Below, piece by piece: positions 25,440-38,941 of a stretch of 64,000 bases of DNA. The position numbers and the translations under genes are program-made. The notes beneath the pieces are model-generated. The model saw only the letters and a list, made by a program, of their open reading frames with translations. It ran no database searches and was not told the DNA's origin. Numbering within the stretch: position 1 is the stretch's first letter; each line of letters opens with the position of its first letter. Origin of the DNA: Rhizophagus irregularis (taxonomy: Eukaryota); the NCBI RefSeq assembly GCF_026210795.1, contig NC_089432.1, positions 372,001 to 436,000 of the forward strand. Reading direction: 5' to 3'.

Positions 25440-26760
25440 TATCGTACGCTTATGTATCGCATCCACGAGCTAATGGACACTACATTGGAACAACTCTCTC
25501 AAAGAAATATTCTTCGGCAAGACCTTATCACAAGACACCAACAACTACTCCTCTATTTCTCCCAGCTTCAACGAACCATACTATAGACCCATCGAGTACC
25601 GTTGATATTGATTCCATGTCCGGGATGTTCGCTCAATTCGTATTATCCGCGTGATATAAGACCTAGATGTGTCATTACCAACAAGACCAATCGCCTCAAC
25701 ATTTTCAAAGTACAACACAAACATTTTCTAATTTTTTTCCTTCTTCCAAATATTTTTTAGCTACTAAACCTTTATTTAATTTACGCTTTATAGCATATAG
25801 TATTTTTTTATATAGTCAGGGAAAACTGTCTTCGGAGACTGACTCTATGGCTCAGTTATCAACGCCTGATATATCTTTTTCACTCAAAAATGTCATCTTA
25901 CAAATCGGAAAGGCGATCAATTGTCACCATAATGTTAAATCTAGATTAATAGATCTAGCAACTCAATTCGCTCCTTATGACTATTTCCACTTTTACATTG
26001 ACGGTTCAGTCAAACAAATAGGCTCCCAATATTGCAAAAGCGGATTTGGATGGATTCAAGTTTCCCATCCCGCTCCTCAGTGCACGTTCCATGGATCAAC
26101 CGTTTTTTTCCTTCATCCTACAAAAGCGAAGCCATGGGTATTCTAACGGCCCTTCTAACACTTCCGTACAACAGTACATGTACTATATCCACCGACTCAG
26201 CCAACTGTATTCAAAGTTCAAACGTACCAAAAGCGCATGAATTCACTCACGCTCAGCCCACGTCACAACTCAAACAAAATAGTTTTCTGATCTGGAACCT
26301 AATATTTTGGCTTATTCACCATCGAAATATTGTATTGGTTCTGAAAAAAGTTAAAGCTCATGAAGTCGACACATACAATAACCGCGCGGACGAACTTGCT
26401 TTGCCAGGGACTTATTTAGAAGATCTAATAATCGTCAATCACAATTTTTTTCATCCACTTCTCTGGGTTTCATTAACTGAAACAATATATACATAGTGGA
26501 TCGCAGCATCAGAAAATGGAGTGATACACCCATTCAAGCCTGGCTCTTTAATTCCGTAGTTAACAACTCTTCTTTAAAACCTATTGAAAATCAAATCACC
26601 CATGAAAAAATAGACTGGTATTACACCCGCCTTTGGCTTTTATACAATCCAACAGAATCACCTACAAACGACAAATTGGCACGTATTCAGGGATCCCAAG
26701 GTCAAAAAATCTAATTTGTTATATCCTACTGCAGATATTCTTCAACGCAATTACCCAGCT
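25440..26760 (+). mobile_element. Non-LTR retrotransposon (LINE) relic with RNase H domain
   Basis: FYIDGS, SSYKSEAMGILTAL, ISTDSANCI and KKVKAH...NNRADELA give the DEDD RNase H residues across frameshifted, intronless ORFs. Confidence 0.85.
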
Positions 26761-27040
26761 GGTTTAAGCATTTGACATATAAGATAAACGAGAAACCCGA
26801 TATTTATAGCCTTGTAGTAATATTCTGGGAATTAACAAGTCGTTCATCGCCTTTTAATTACGAAAAAGAGGATCTCATTTCTCTTTATTCTTGTTATAAA
26901 CTAATTGTGATTTATTTGAATAGAATGTTGGGAACTCGAACCAGAAAAACGGCCAGATATTCATCAAGTAAATTCGGCACTTAAATGCATTGATTCCGAA
27001 AACAATAATACGTTTATTGTTTTTTATTCCAAAGAGGAGA
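26757..27040 (+). pseudogene. Kinase C-lobe relic
   Basis: YKINEKPDIYSLVVIFWELTSRSSPF, then after an AG acceptor CWELEPEKRPDIHQV. Confidence 0.75.
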
Positions 27041-27103
27041 TAAACAAAAAAAAAGAATTTTCTATTTAATATGCATTTATTGTAAATAAAATAGTTTACA
27101 ATT

Positions 27104-27283
27104 TTAGTTACTAATAAAAGAATTTAACTCATAAATGTTTAATACATCATTAATTAATTCATTCACACGCTCATAAAATAGTAAATATGCTCCACCATTA
27201 TGTACTTCATCAACCGTAACAGCTCTTACAGAACTATCAATCCATTGTCTTTCACTACCTGTTTTATGAGTTTTTACATAATT
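27104..27283 (-). pseudogene. Fragment resembling the C-terminus of a ubiquitin-specific protease (USP, peptidase C19)
   Basis: Open frame [65 protein letters not shown]...AYLLFYxR is the USP terminal signature. Confidence 0.65.
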
Positions 27284-28824
27284 AGGCTACGATTGGCTGG
27301 ATCAATAAGTGTAAGACCAACTCCATATCTTGTTTGGACATCACTTAGTATCAGATGTATAGGAATTACAAAATGGTACGGGCCGTCAAATGCATAATAT
27401 ATTCCCCATAAGCATCCATCGTTGTCAAACACGGCCGATCCTGAATCACCAAGTTTGCCTATATAAATAAATTTTAATCAGAATAGGAAAGACGTTGCTT
27501 TAATACATATACCAACTTACCAAATGGTTGTCCATTTATGCCAGAAACGAGTAAAGCAGATACTTTTAATACTTTTCCAAATGTATCAGTATAAAAGTAC
27601 ATCATTTGATCAGTTATTATTCCTTTTGTGAGGTAACTTGTTCTGCCACATTTATAAACATATGACATAGCTTTTGGGTCATTTCTAATAAAACTCTTGC
27701 ACTTATGAATAACGATTTCAGTATCACCAAGTGGTTTGTTTGTATTAACTAATGGCACCCTGTGACAATTTTCCACTTCACAAAAAGCGTAATCTAAAAG
27801 ATTACTACTCTCGTTAACACCATGGAATTTGAATGTAACTTGCGCGCAGGGACTTGTTTTTGGATCCTAATTGAATTTCAAAAATGTAAAACTTCAGTTC
27901 AATAGTTACGGAAAAAATAAATTCATACGTTTTCAAATCTTCCCTCTCCAATTGCATGTCCCGCAGTAAGTATAAATTTCTTGTCGCTTGTCTGGAAGAA
28001 AGCTCCTAATGTGAAGGCATTTTCGGCTTCTGAACATCCAATGCTAATACCGGGCCTGAGTATTTCATGATAAACTCGAGGATTAGAAGCTAATTGAGCA
28101 ACTCCGTATCTAAAGAGCACTTGGTATCCTTCAAAAGTTGCTGGTAGACAGATTTCTACCGTTTCGTCAGGGAAAATAACAATCAATGAAAGTTTATCAT
28201 CAACTATTCCCGGACCTACAAAAGCTTCCAGATTTTTCCCTTCTTTTTCAAATTTATTAAGAAAGGCTATTCTGGCTCCCATAAGCTTTTTGAGTTGCTC
28301 AAAGTCATCTACTGTTTCAATTTTACGATCCCCGAGATGTTTTGCGTATTCTTCTTGATGTATCATTAAGTTACTTGTTTCACACTTTGAAGTAGTTCGT
28401 AGGTAAGACAAATTATTTTTTCCACATATTTTGCATATCTTGCACATCTTGCACACGTGATATACTGGAATTTATTTGTTAGTTGTTACATAATACAAAA
28501 CATTTAAACAAACGCCATAAGTTTTCTTCCTTGGTTACCTTGAATATAAATATTGTCTTCAACCCGGTTGTTAAAAATTTCTTCAACACTACTTTCGTTT
28601 TTTATCTCCATTCCTTCAACGTTTTCGAGTTGCAAATTTTCTTTTTCACTAAAAGGGATTTTCACTTTCCATACGGGTATGTTGATATCAAGGATTCCTA
28701 TATTTTCCCAAATTAATTTTTTTAAATCATGACCGTTTTTATCTGTATCAATAATAATTTTGAAATAGTCTTGGTTTCCAAGAGCTGTTTCCTTGACACA
28801 ACAATTAAGTGTAAGAGTAGTCAT
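27274..28824 (-). CDS. Crinkler (CRN)-like N-terminal domain fused to a trypsin-like serine protease, 450 aa; exons 28824-28539, 28464-27929, 27866-27521, 27458-27274
   Basis: N-terminus [33 protein letters not shown] fits the CRN ubiquitin-like domain. The triad is ILTAGH, LDYAF and GDSGS, with [11 protein letters not shown]. All three GT-AG introns keep the frame and there are no internal stops. Confidence 0.85.
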
Positions 28825-28989
28825 TTTTCACGTAATTTATTGCGCTTTTTTTTTATAAAAAATAAAAAATGTTTAATTGGGGTACTATATATATGTAAAT
28901 TAAATTATCAAATAGCTTATAGGAGTTTGTACAATTATGGTCGCGTTATCATTAGTCATTTCTGCTCGGAATGATTTATTATAATATAT

Positions 28990-30642
28990 AAAGCAGATGT
29001 TGATTTAAAAAAATATTTACAACAATCTCAAAATAAACTTTCATGGAAAGAAAGAATAAATATTGTTTATGATATAATTCTTGCACTAAGTGTTATTCAT
29101 CATGAGAATGCAATTCATAGAGATTTACACTCTGGGAATATATTGTATTTAAAACTAAATAAAAGATGGGTTATTAGTGATTTTGGATTTTGTGGACCTG
29201 CTGATAAATCAACAGAAAGTATATATGGAAATCTTCCTTATATAGCACCAGAAGTTATTTCTGGAAGGAATACTACAAAAAAAATCTGATATTTATAGTA
29301 TTGCAATGCTTATGTGGGAAATTTCATCTGGGCAACCTCCTTTTAATGATTTTGAAAATGATTATAATCTTGCATTAAAAATAATTAATGGAATGAGACC
29401 AAAAATAATAGCAGGAACTCCTTTAAAATATGAAAATTTAATGAAACAATGTTGGGATGCTGATCCATCAAAAAGACTGATATTGCAACACTTTGGAAAG
29501 AAATTAAGAAACTTTTGAAATCTTATCAAAATATATCAAATGAAACGCTTCAAAAAGAAATAAATGATAACTTAGAAACGGATAAAACAAATACAAATTA
29601 TACAAGTAGCAAATTATTTACAAGTAAAATTTATCAATTTAAAAATTTACCAAAACCAAAAAATGCTACGGAAGGTATAATTTTAATATTTATTATATTT
29701 AATAATAGTTTTATTATTTAAAAAAATATTGATGTTGTTTTTTAATTTAAATAATTTAAATAATAATAGAAGAGCAAAAAGGTAAGATTTATACTATAAC
29801 AATTGAAAATATAGATATGTATTATAACGTTTGTTTATATATAAGATAATACTTACTGTAAAACTTTTAAATAATTTATTATCTTTTAATAGAATTTCAT
29901 AGTAATAAATCATACGACCACTTTAATATTCCTTATAATAGTGAGTATTTGTAAATATTAATTTAACAAATATGACATATTTATTAATTTTAGTTAATGA
30001 TTTTAGTAGTTCAAGTAATCAAAGTTATGGTAACACATCCAAAGCAAGTAGTAAAATTTTAAAAGGTAATTGGTCATTTAAATTTTATTCTTTTTTTTTT
30101 TAATAGTATGAACTTATAGCCATTTGGCTTTTAAGTTATAGCAATTATAAATTATTAATTTGTGTTTTAATAAATTTTTAGATGACAGTAAAGAATTATC
30201 CAAATCATTTGATGAATTGCAAATAAATTCAAATAATGGCAAGTAAATAATTATTCTTATTTTAATTAAATTCTTAACTCCTTGAATATAACATATTTTA
30301 CATTTTTATAGATATTCAAATTAATTATGGAAAAGAAATAGTGGAACAACAACAAATAAAGAATATCATCAATGATGGTATGTATAGATTTTCATAATTG
30401 ACTCTATTAAATTTATTATCATAATATTATCATTCTATTTTAATTTTTCTTTATAAACGAGGATGAAGTCCATGATGATAAAAAATTTTCATTTGGAAGA
30501 ACAAGATGAATTGGAAATTCCGGATGGAAAGTGTTTTCATATTGTCATATGTGTTTTATATATTTGCAAGAAAAATATTTTTGTATTTAATTATATTTGT
30601 ATATTATTTATTAATTAATTTATTTATTTAGATGGATTTTAA
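28990..30642 (+). pseudogene. 5'-truncated, frameshifted protein kinase gene with micro-exon tail
   Basis: IHRDLHSGNIL, SDFG, LPYIAPEV; frameshift in the A-run at about 29277-29284 and another near 29475; no N-lobe; several short 3' exons ending GATGGATTTTAA. Confidence 0.85.
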
Positions 30643-32616
30643 GTTACTTAATATCTGACAGAATATATTTTGCTTACTTTTATTTTTTTTTGTTTTGAAT
30701 TATTTAAACACTAAGTATAGAGTAGTAAAATTTTTTACAAGATTCTTAGTTTGTAATTTAAATAATTCGTTATTTTTATTATTATTGTTATAACTTTCTC
30801 ATTAAATAAATAATTTAACTTTTATGATAATATAAAATTTGACACTGCAAATGAATTATTTTATATATGGAGTGGAAAGTTTAAAACTGATTTTATGAGC
30901 TTACAACAAATAAGTTATAGCGATATCTGATATGGGAATGTCGTACGATAATAATATTTTAGTACGATGCTAAAATTTTAAAATTTTTATATTAGAGCAA
31001 AGTTGGTGTGATTTGTTCGTTGAATTTTGTTTATTTTCTGTATGAAGGACCATTAGAAGAACACATTGTGGCGGATTTATGAAATTTAGCAAAAACCCTT
31101 CTGCGTCCTTGAGAATTAAATTGACTTAACAGAAACATTAAACCTTTTTTCCTAAAATATCAAATAATGACACGTCATTAACACTGGAAAAATTGGTTAG
31201 GTGACGGGAAAATTGGTTAGACGCAAAATTTATCATTTTTACTGTTCACTAATAAATTTGGGACTTAAATAGAAATTTGGTGACCAAAATACTGTCAAAT
31301 ATTTATTTAATTTAATTTGAATCCGCCATGATGTTAAAATTAACTCTATCAATAATATAAAGTAAAATTGGAAGAATCAAATTTATAAAAATATCCCATT
31401 TTCCATGTCAATTAATTACGTGCATTTTTGGCCCGAACAGACGATCAAATCATAATGTAGGCTGAAATTACAATTCTAATTACGTGGTATTTATCTTTAA
31501 CGATCACGAATATTTTGGTTAATTAGTTAATTGGTTAATTGAACGATGAGAATAATTTTAATATATGATTTTTAATAATAATTATTATTATTACAAATAT
31601 TGGATGTATGGATAATTTAATACTCATGTTAAAATTCATTAGTTATCGTAACGAAATATGAAAATTATTAAAAAAAATTACCAAGATGATATTTGATTTC
31701 ACCTTCATTTTTCTTGATTTCTGCTTGTGTTGTTTTAATCTCTTTACCACCTTTACCACGATAATTTTGGTCCCAATTTTGTTAATTTTGTTTTCCTAAA
31801 AAAATTGAGTCATCCTTTTCATATTTTTTTAGAGACGTAAGTTTTGATCTTCCTGAATGTGAATTTAATTCAAAAAAAATTTTTTGAGAAAAAAAAAATG
31901 ATTAAACCTCAAACTTTCGCTTACAATTCTAAGAAAAAATATATTTTTTTCTTACGCATGAATATTTTTCTGATTTTTTTTCATTTTTTTTCCTAGCAAA
32001 ATTTTTAATTTTTCTTAGTCAATGACATGTATTTTTTTAGAGACTTTTAATAATAGATCACACTGACAATATTTGATGATTTTGTAAACTATAAAATAAA
32101 TAAATACCCATAAATTAGATATGTGCAGTAATACTTGTTTCCGATTCGTCTACGTACTTGGCCCATAACTCCTTTATTTGATATATATTTTGTATCAATT
32201 ATTCCCATTAATACTGTATAACATATAATACTATTTTTAATACTAAAATCCATACGGCATCTCTTAAATGAAATATTTGAAGGTGAATAATATAAAATGA
32301 TTAAATAAAGTAATTCAAATCCATTACAGGGAAAAAGCAAAAAACCAAGTGTAGAGCAGGTATAAATGTTATAAATGAACAGCATATTAGTATATATAAA
32401 GTATCATTCAGTTGTGCTGAATAGATGAAAAAGACCAAACATCACCATCTTTGCCGTATATTATGCTGGTGGTAAAGTCATTCTATCTACTTATATTTTA
32501 TCCTATATTATTAATTCAGAACAAATTGAGACCATCAATTATGTGCCATTTAGTTGTACAGAAAATTATAATCAAATTTAATTTATCATTTTCCAAACGA
32601 CAAGGTCTGGAAATTA

Positions 32617-33400
32617 TATTAAGAATAATGTTAAAATGCCACATTTCAATACAACATGATGATTCCAGTTTACAATGTAGTAAACTGGAATGTTGTTTGC
32701 ATTCCAGTGAATTAAGTATGGTGCAAGATAAGGTCTTGTATTTTGGCTGGTTGGATTTGCAAGAATCGAAATTGCTCCAAGATTAGGGTTCCCATAAAAA
32801 TGAGATCCTCTATCAGGTAAAGCAATTGTGACAAATTCAATGTTAAAAATGCTATCTAGGTCATGTTGAACCTTATCAATTTTTTCTAATGCATTCTTAT
32901 GATCTGGATCCCTATTGTAAAATACCTACAGAATTACAAATGTGTTGAAGTTAAGATTAGTGAAGATTAACATGTTTATCCTTTTTAGTTTTCAAGCAAA
33001 ATTTAACAATAACCTCGAGCCATAGATCAGGAGGTATACAATAATTCTTAATAGGTTCGTGTAATTCTCATATGATGGCCATTGGAACCAAGCACCAGCA
33101 TCAGACCTCCATTGATCATTCCCAACCATACAAATTACAGCCTCCATCATATTAATTTAAAAATTAGTAAGAATAATATCATATGCAACATGTAAGTTAG
33201 AATGAACTACTCTGATGAATAGACGATCATAGTTAACTATTTCAGCATTGTAATATTAATGTATCATTTGGCATGCACTAAGGTTCTTAAGTTTACCATC
33301 TGAAAAAGTGGACTTTAACTCTCACCGCCTCTTCTATTTGTGCAAGAATCTGATATGATTGTTAGTCATTATTCACTTTTTATTGTTCTTACAATAAATA
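32617..33400 (-). pseudogene. Uma2-like (PD-(D/E)xK fold) endonuclease pseudogene
   Basis: CMVGNDQWRSDAGAWFQWP, frameshift, PIKNYCIPPDLWLE, intron, VFYNRDPDHKNALEKIDKVQ; resembles the Uma2 PD...PDLxxEV pattern. Confidence 0.5.
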
Positions 33401-34200
33401 TCATACAAATACCTTTTGAGTTTCTGAAGCTTGTCTGTTCTGTTGTGAGATTTTCATACAATATATCAATATATATCATTGAAAACAGACTGTTTGACCA
33501 AACAAAAGTGAAAAAAATAATACCTGCGCGGACTTTTCAGAACCAATCATTTCAACACTCATGTTTGTGAAGAATGGAAAAAAAGATGAGAGAGATAGAA
33601 AAAATGTAGGTTATTGTCTTATTAATCTGATCAGTGATGATGATATTTGATTTTACAATCTTCCTGCAAAAAAAGCTCGGACACATGGCTGAAAGACTTC
33701 TATTATCAACATGGATTTGCTGATCAACTACTACGGAATAGTTCAGGCGCAGACAAATCATGTGTTAGCTAATCTAAACGTTATGTTATACAGGGAATTT
33801 TTTTAGTATATTACTAACCTAATATGGAATAGATTAGGCGCGGCAGATCATGTGTTTCATATTAACACAATTCAAATTATTTATATACGGTAATCTAAAC
33901 ATGATCAAATTTTTGATGTTAAAATAAGTTTCAGTAAATTTTGGTTATATAAGTTTCAGGTCGGGATTATGGATTCGGGAAAAATAAATACATAGTGATA
34001 ACATTTCATCTGTATAGAGATGTATTAAAATTATAAAGTTAACAATTAATACAATTTCCAAAATAGAAGTTTGTACAAATTGGAAATAGCATAGAAAATA
34101 TCATATAAATCTATAAGGATTTTTTAAATTTAAATAAATAATACAATAGATAAAAATTTTATTATTTTATTTATTTTATCTTAAATTTACAAGTACTAGA

Positions 34201-34900
34201 TTAAATATTAAATATTTTAAATTTTATTATATATATAATTGTCACTTCATCAGCAGTTTTCCATAGAATGCGACGAAATCCAATTACTAATATGACATAT
34301 CCCTTCAATTTATTAGGATTTGATTTTGTTATTTTAATACGCTCATCAATCACCCCTGAAGAATTACTGGTTGCTTTTCCTTTTGAAATTGTTTTCATAT
34401 GAATTTAATTGATTCATCCCATTATTTAATATATCACCTATAGTTGTTAGTTTTGTTTTTTTATCTTCTTTTGACCAATATGTATATGGTCTTTTTAATA
34501 TAGATTCTTCATCTTCCTTTTCAAGTATTTTGTCTAGCTTTTCAAGTTCATTTGCACCAAGATTATTTTTCTGCATACCATTCATAAGGCCAACTAATGA
34601 AATATACTTTAATTCTAAAATAACATTATTATTTCCTTTATAACTTAAAATAAAAATGTCTGAAAAACCAAAACGGCCTGAACCTTTTGGCCTTTGACTA
34701 TTCATTACTAATGTGAGCTCTGGAATACAATACTTTAATGACAAAAGATTTCCCATGATTGCCTGAAGTACATATTCATTTGCTGAAGATAGAGACATTC
34801 ATGATCTTGAAGATAAAGAAGCAATAAAAGGTATAATATTATTTGCAATGAGGCTTTCATATGCTGAAGCAATATGAAGTGCATTATCAATAATTTGTCT
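34201..34900 (-). pseudogene. C-terminal PD-(D/E)xK nuclease part of an AAA-ATPase-like/DUF1703-type gene; truncated and frameshifted
   Basis: SANEYVLQAI..IPELTL..GRFGFSDIFIL..VILELKY..MNQLNSY, frameshift, LKGYVILVIGFRRILWK; no ATPase part upstream. Confidence 0.7.
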
Positions 34901-35859
34901 CTATGCTAAACTTTCCTTGTTTTGCCCTAAAATTCAGCTTTGACTTTCCTAGTGTTCTAATAGATGTAATTTAATATCAATATATATAAATGTAAAAAAA
35001 AAAGAAATAATATGATAGGTATTATAACTTACCAGTAGTTAACTCTCTATTATCATCTTTTACTCTTTTCAACTCTCTCTTTTGTTTATTTTGAAGAGTA
35101 TATTTTTATTTTCCTTAATGACTTTTTCCAGAATATTTGCATTTCTTTTACATAATGCAAATACTCTACATTTATCTGTTATTAGAAAGAAATTTTTAGT
35201 GGTGTGTAAATTTTTTATTTAGTAATAATTTAGTAACAAAAAGAGTACATAGCCAATTCTGCCTCCAGAATTAGCAGACTTTATCAAAACAAATGTAGGA
35301 TGCCTGAAGTGAGATATTGAGTTGATTACCAACATGTCAAGACAGTAATTCTCCTAATTAAACAAGGAATTTCCTAACTTGACATATATTGTTATTTCCT
35401 GATTTGCTGATTGTTAATAAAGTAATTTCTTGATTTCCAGGTTGTTGATACAATAATTCTTTAAATCAAACCAGGAATTCCAAGCTCACTTAGGAGTTAC
35501 CCTACTTTGCAAAATAAAAAAATAACACACCTTTTCTTTAAAATCCTCTTGATATAGATCTAACTTTTCTACTTCTTCTAAGAAATGACTAATCCAGGTA
35601 TTATTAAGATCCTGCCAATTATCTTAGAATGTTGAAGTAACAATTACAACATTATAATATGAATTCAAAAATCCATAATATGATGATTTACTGCCTCGCT
35701 CATTTAGATATGAAATGAGATCTAAAAGGTCGAAAAATTAGTTAGTAGCTAAATATTACAAGTCGCCATACTGTTCACAGGACTTACCCTTTTGGCCAGA
35801 ATAACTCTAGAATGTGCTCATGTTGATTAGTTTCGTGTAAATAATAAATTTTTAAAGAA

Positions 35860-36170
35860 AAAATAAAATAAAAAGAGTAAAGAATTAAGATAAAGAATGG
35901 AAACAGTCAAGAATATAAATTATTAAATAATAGAAAGAATAAAAAAATATAGAATAGAAAGTATAAAAAAAAATAAAGAATAAAATTGAAAGAATAAAGA
36001 GTTAAGAGGATGAAGAATAAAAAGATTAAAGAAAAAATTAAGGATTTAAAAGAAAAATAAAAGGAGAATAAAGAATTAAAAAGAATAAAGAATTTGAAAA
36101 AAAGAATAGAAAGAGAATAAAGAATTTTAAAAAGATTATAAAGAAAAAGAGTTAAAGATAATTTGATTTA
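35860..36170. repeat. A-rich low-complexity tract (AAAGAATA-like)
   Basis: Degenerate AAAGAATAAAG repeats. Confidence 0.7.
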
Positions 36171-38464
36171 ATTAAAAACAATGCAATAAAGTCTATGTAT
36201 ATATATTATTTTTTGTAACACAAACATAAATTTACTATTTATAGTTACACAATAAATATACTAGTCGCGGTAGTGCGGTACTAAAAACATTTCATTTCAT
36301 ATTTAGTTAGAGGGATAAGCCAAATAGTCTAAATAGTTTAATCACGGCGGAACTGTGATGATCAATGATATCTATGATATCTCGACTTCCCTATGAAATA
36401 ACTAATTTTCTAAGACTTTCCTTTAAAGGCTACGGCTAAAGTGTAGCCTATAAATTTAATTACGTAAGCTAATTGCTTTAATTATAATATTATAAACATT
36501 CTTTATTGTTAAATAGGACTGAAATATTTGTAATCAAATATATATATATTATATATATACTGCAACTAATAATAGACTCCTCTTTACTTTTATTTGCATC
36601 AATGTGTTTTTTAAATGTATACAACATTCTTTACTAATTACTGTATTATGTAATTAAATGTGATTATTCACATATATAAGATACTATATTATACTCCAAG
36701 TAATATTATAAAGGTGCTAACCATTTTTTGTTATTATATCCATAAGAACATATTTTAAAGGTACGAGTCCATACATGGCTCTAAACCGGACCGCACTACC
36801 ATAATTATAAACTTCAGAAGAGCTGAATCTGTTGTTAACAGTTGTTTTTCCGATATAGTTGCGCCTCCTAACAAATATTATTTGACACAGGTAGTTTGTT
36901 TTTGTTTGAATAAATATGTTGTAACGAAAAATACTAATATTAATCTTATTTCAAGTAGATGTTCGTTCGATTTAGTTGACAAAGGGCGCCTCCTGACAGA
37001 TATTATCTGGTTCAGGAGTAGCCCAAGTGATAGTGAAGGACAACTCCTGACAGGTATTACCTGAGTCCGGATTGTGGGATATTATCTAGTTTTTACTATT
37101 TGCGAAATGGTCGATTAAGCAAATTTTATAACGGAAATATTGATGATTATAATCTTGTTTCAAGCAGGATGTTCGTCCATGTGGGAAGAATGTAGTTAGA
37201 TGAACGTAAAAAGGCAAATGAAAAATTGTCAGACGTTTTCATGCACGTTATGCAATGCAAAATTCACGACTAAACCATCACTATAGGATCACGTGAAAAG
37301 AATTTTTCACTCACATTCATTTTCCCTACGACTTGCTTTTTATCGAAGAAATTCAAAATGATTTTGGACTATCGTTGAAAATGCTTAACAGAAAGATATG
37401 AAAGCTAACAAAAGTATGATTAACATTTTTATTTCATTATTTCGCTTATTTTATAACCTTATATCGAAAATTGTGTTTATCTATTATCCAGCTGTTATGC
37501 GATAACGGATATATTAATGGATCAGTTTAATGAATTGTTTATCCGACGTTTTTTTAGACTTGGATTTTATAGAAGTAATGGAATGAAAGCAGCGGTATGT
37601 TATAAAAATCTATAGCTTTAGGAATGTCCATATGTATTTTTTTTTTAAAATGTTACAGCTTCTTGGCTTTATGAAGTTATGGTATTTTGTGAAGGGGTTG
37701 AACTATGGAACTTTACAATAAAAAATGTATTTTATATTTTTATATTAGGTTTAAAAAGTTTTAACTTACAGTCGGTGGTACATGTTTGCTTAACACAAAT
37801 GTTAAAATAAAGAAAATTACATCATATTATAATAGAACAATTATATGTTTTTAAGCTTCAAAAATATTACACAGATAGTTCTTAATTATTTGCAACTTTA
37901 CTCTGCATTAATTAAATTTTTAGTCAAAAATTAAGTTAGTACAACATTAGAATTAGCCCAGAATCAATATAAAAATTTAAAATTTTATATTTATTATATC
38001 GACCAGTTTTATACAGAAAGTTTGGCAGAATTAAGAAATTGTTTGTCAAAGTACACCCATAGTTTACTTTATAATTGGCTAGAATTAGCAGTAAAATCTC
38101 ATAACCTAAGTTAGCATTATCGAAAATAAATTTTAGAAATATTTTTTCAAGACGGTTAATTCTTAAATTTCGGTAAAAAAATTTCGAAATTATTGACGCG
38201 AATTACGCATTATTAGTAATCACATTGTCTCAAAAACTTCAACAAAATTGTTCAATTTCGTTTACATATTTACTAGAAACGTAAACAGCGTGTAATGAAA
38301 TGAATGAAAAATAACAAACTGAAACATTGCGAACATATTACATATTTTAGTTTTTATAACTTCCATTTATTGAAGGAAAAAATGATTTATTTATTTATAA
38401 CAATTATAACATTGTTTTAAACATTGGAATTTACAAAGACTAGTTGCTACTAGTGCTATCTTTT

Positions 38465-38941
38465 TTATATGACATCGATTTTCTTGCAAGAAAAGGCTGA
38501 CTTTGGAAATCTCATTTCGAGGATACCATTTTCAAATTTAGCCGTAACCTCTTCAGCTTTTATATTCGGAGATAGCGAAATATTACTAGAGAAGTTGCCA
38601 TAACGACGTTCTTGGACAAGAGTTTTTCCTTCTTGAAATTTTTGGTCTTTCTTGGGAGATGACAACAGCGTTAATTTGATCCTTACCTAATTCCTATAAA
38701 ATAATAATGTTTCATTATTTGATTCAAAGAATACGTAAATATAACGAAAAAAAAAATTAATTACATACTGGCAGTTCTACATTGACTATATATTCTTAGT
38801 TTCATGAACTTTCAACGCAGGAAAGCGGCGAGAACGAATGTTGCCACGTTTAGCGACGTACAAATCTTTAATAAAATCATCGAAGATGCTGCTAAAAGAA
38901 TCCAAATCGAAGTTATCCCAATTATTGTTAATTAGAGACAA
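38465..38941 (-). pseudogene. Small heat-shock protein (HSP20/alpha-crystallin) gene, apparently disabled
   Basis: Exon 1 (L)SLINNNWDNF...FPALKVHETKNIVNVELP begins with TTG rather than ATG. Exon 2 needs a frameshift to reach QERRYGNFSSNISLSPNIKAEEVTAKFENGILEMRFPK. Confidence 0.85.

Noticed and set aside
31066..31330. hAT-like MITE (TGGCGGATTT / AAATCCGCCA)
   Set aside because: Only a 10-bp inverted match and no TSD; too weak to call.
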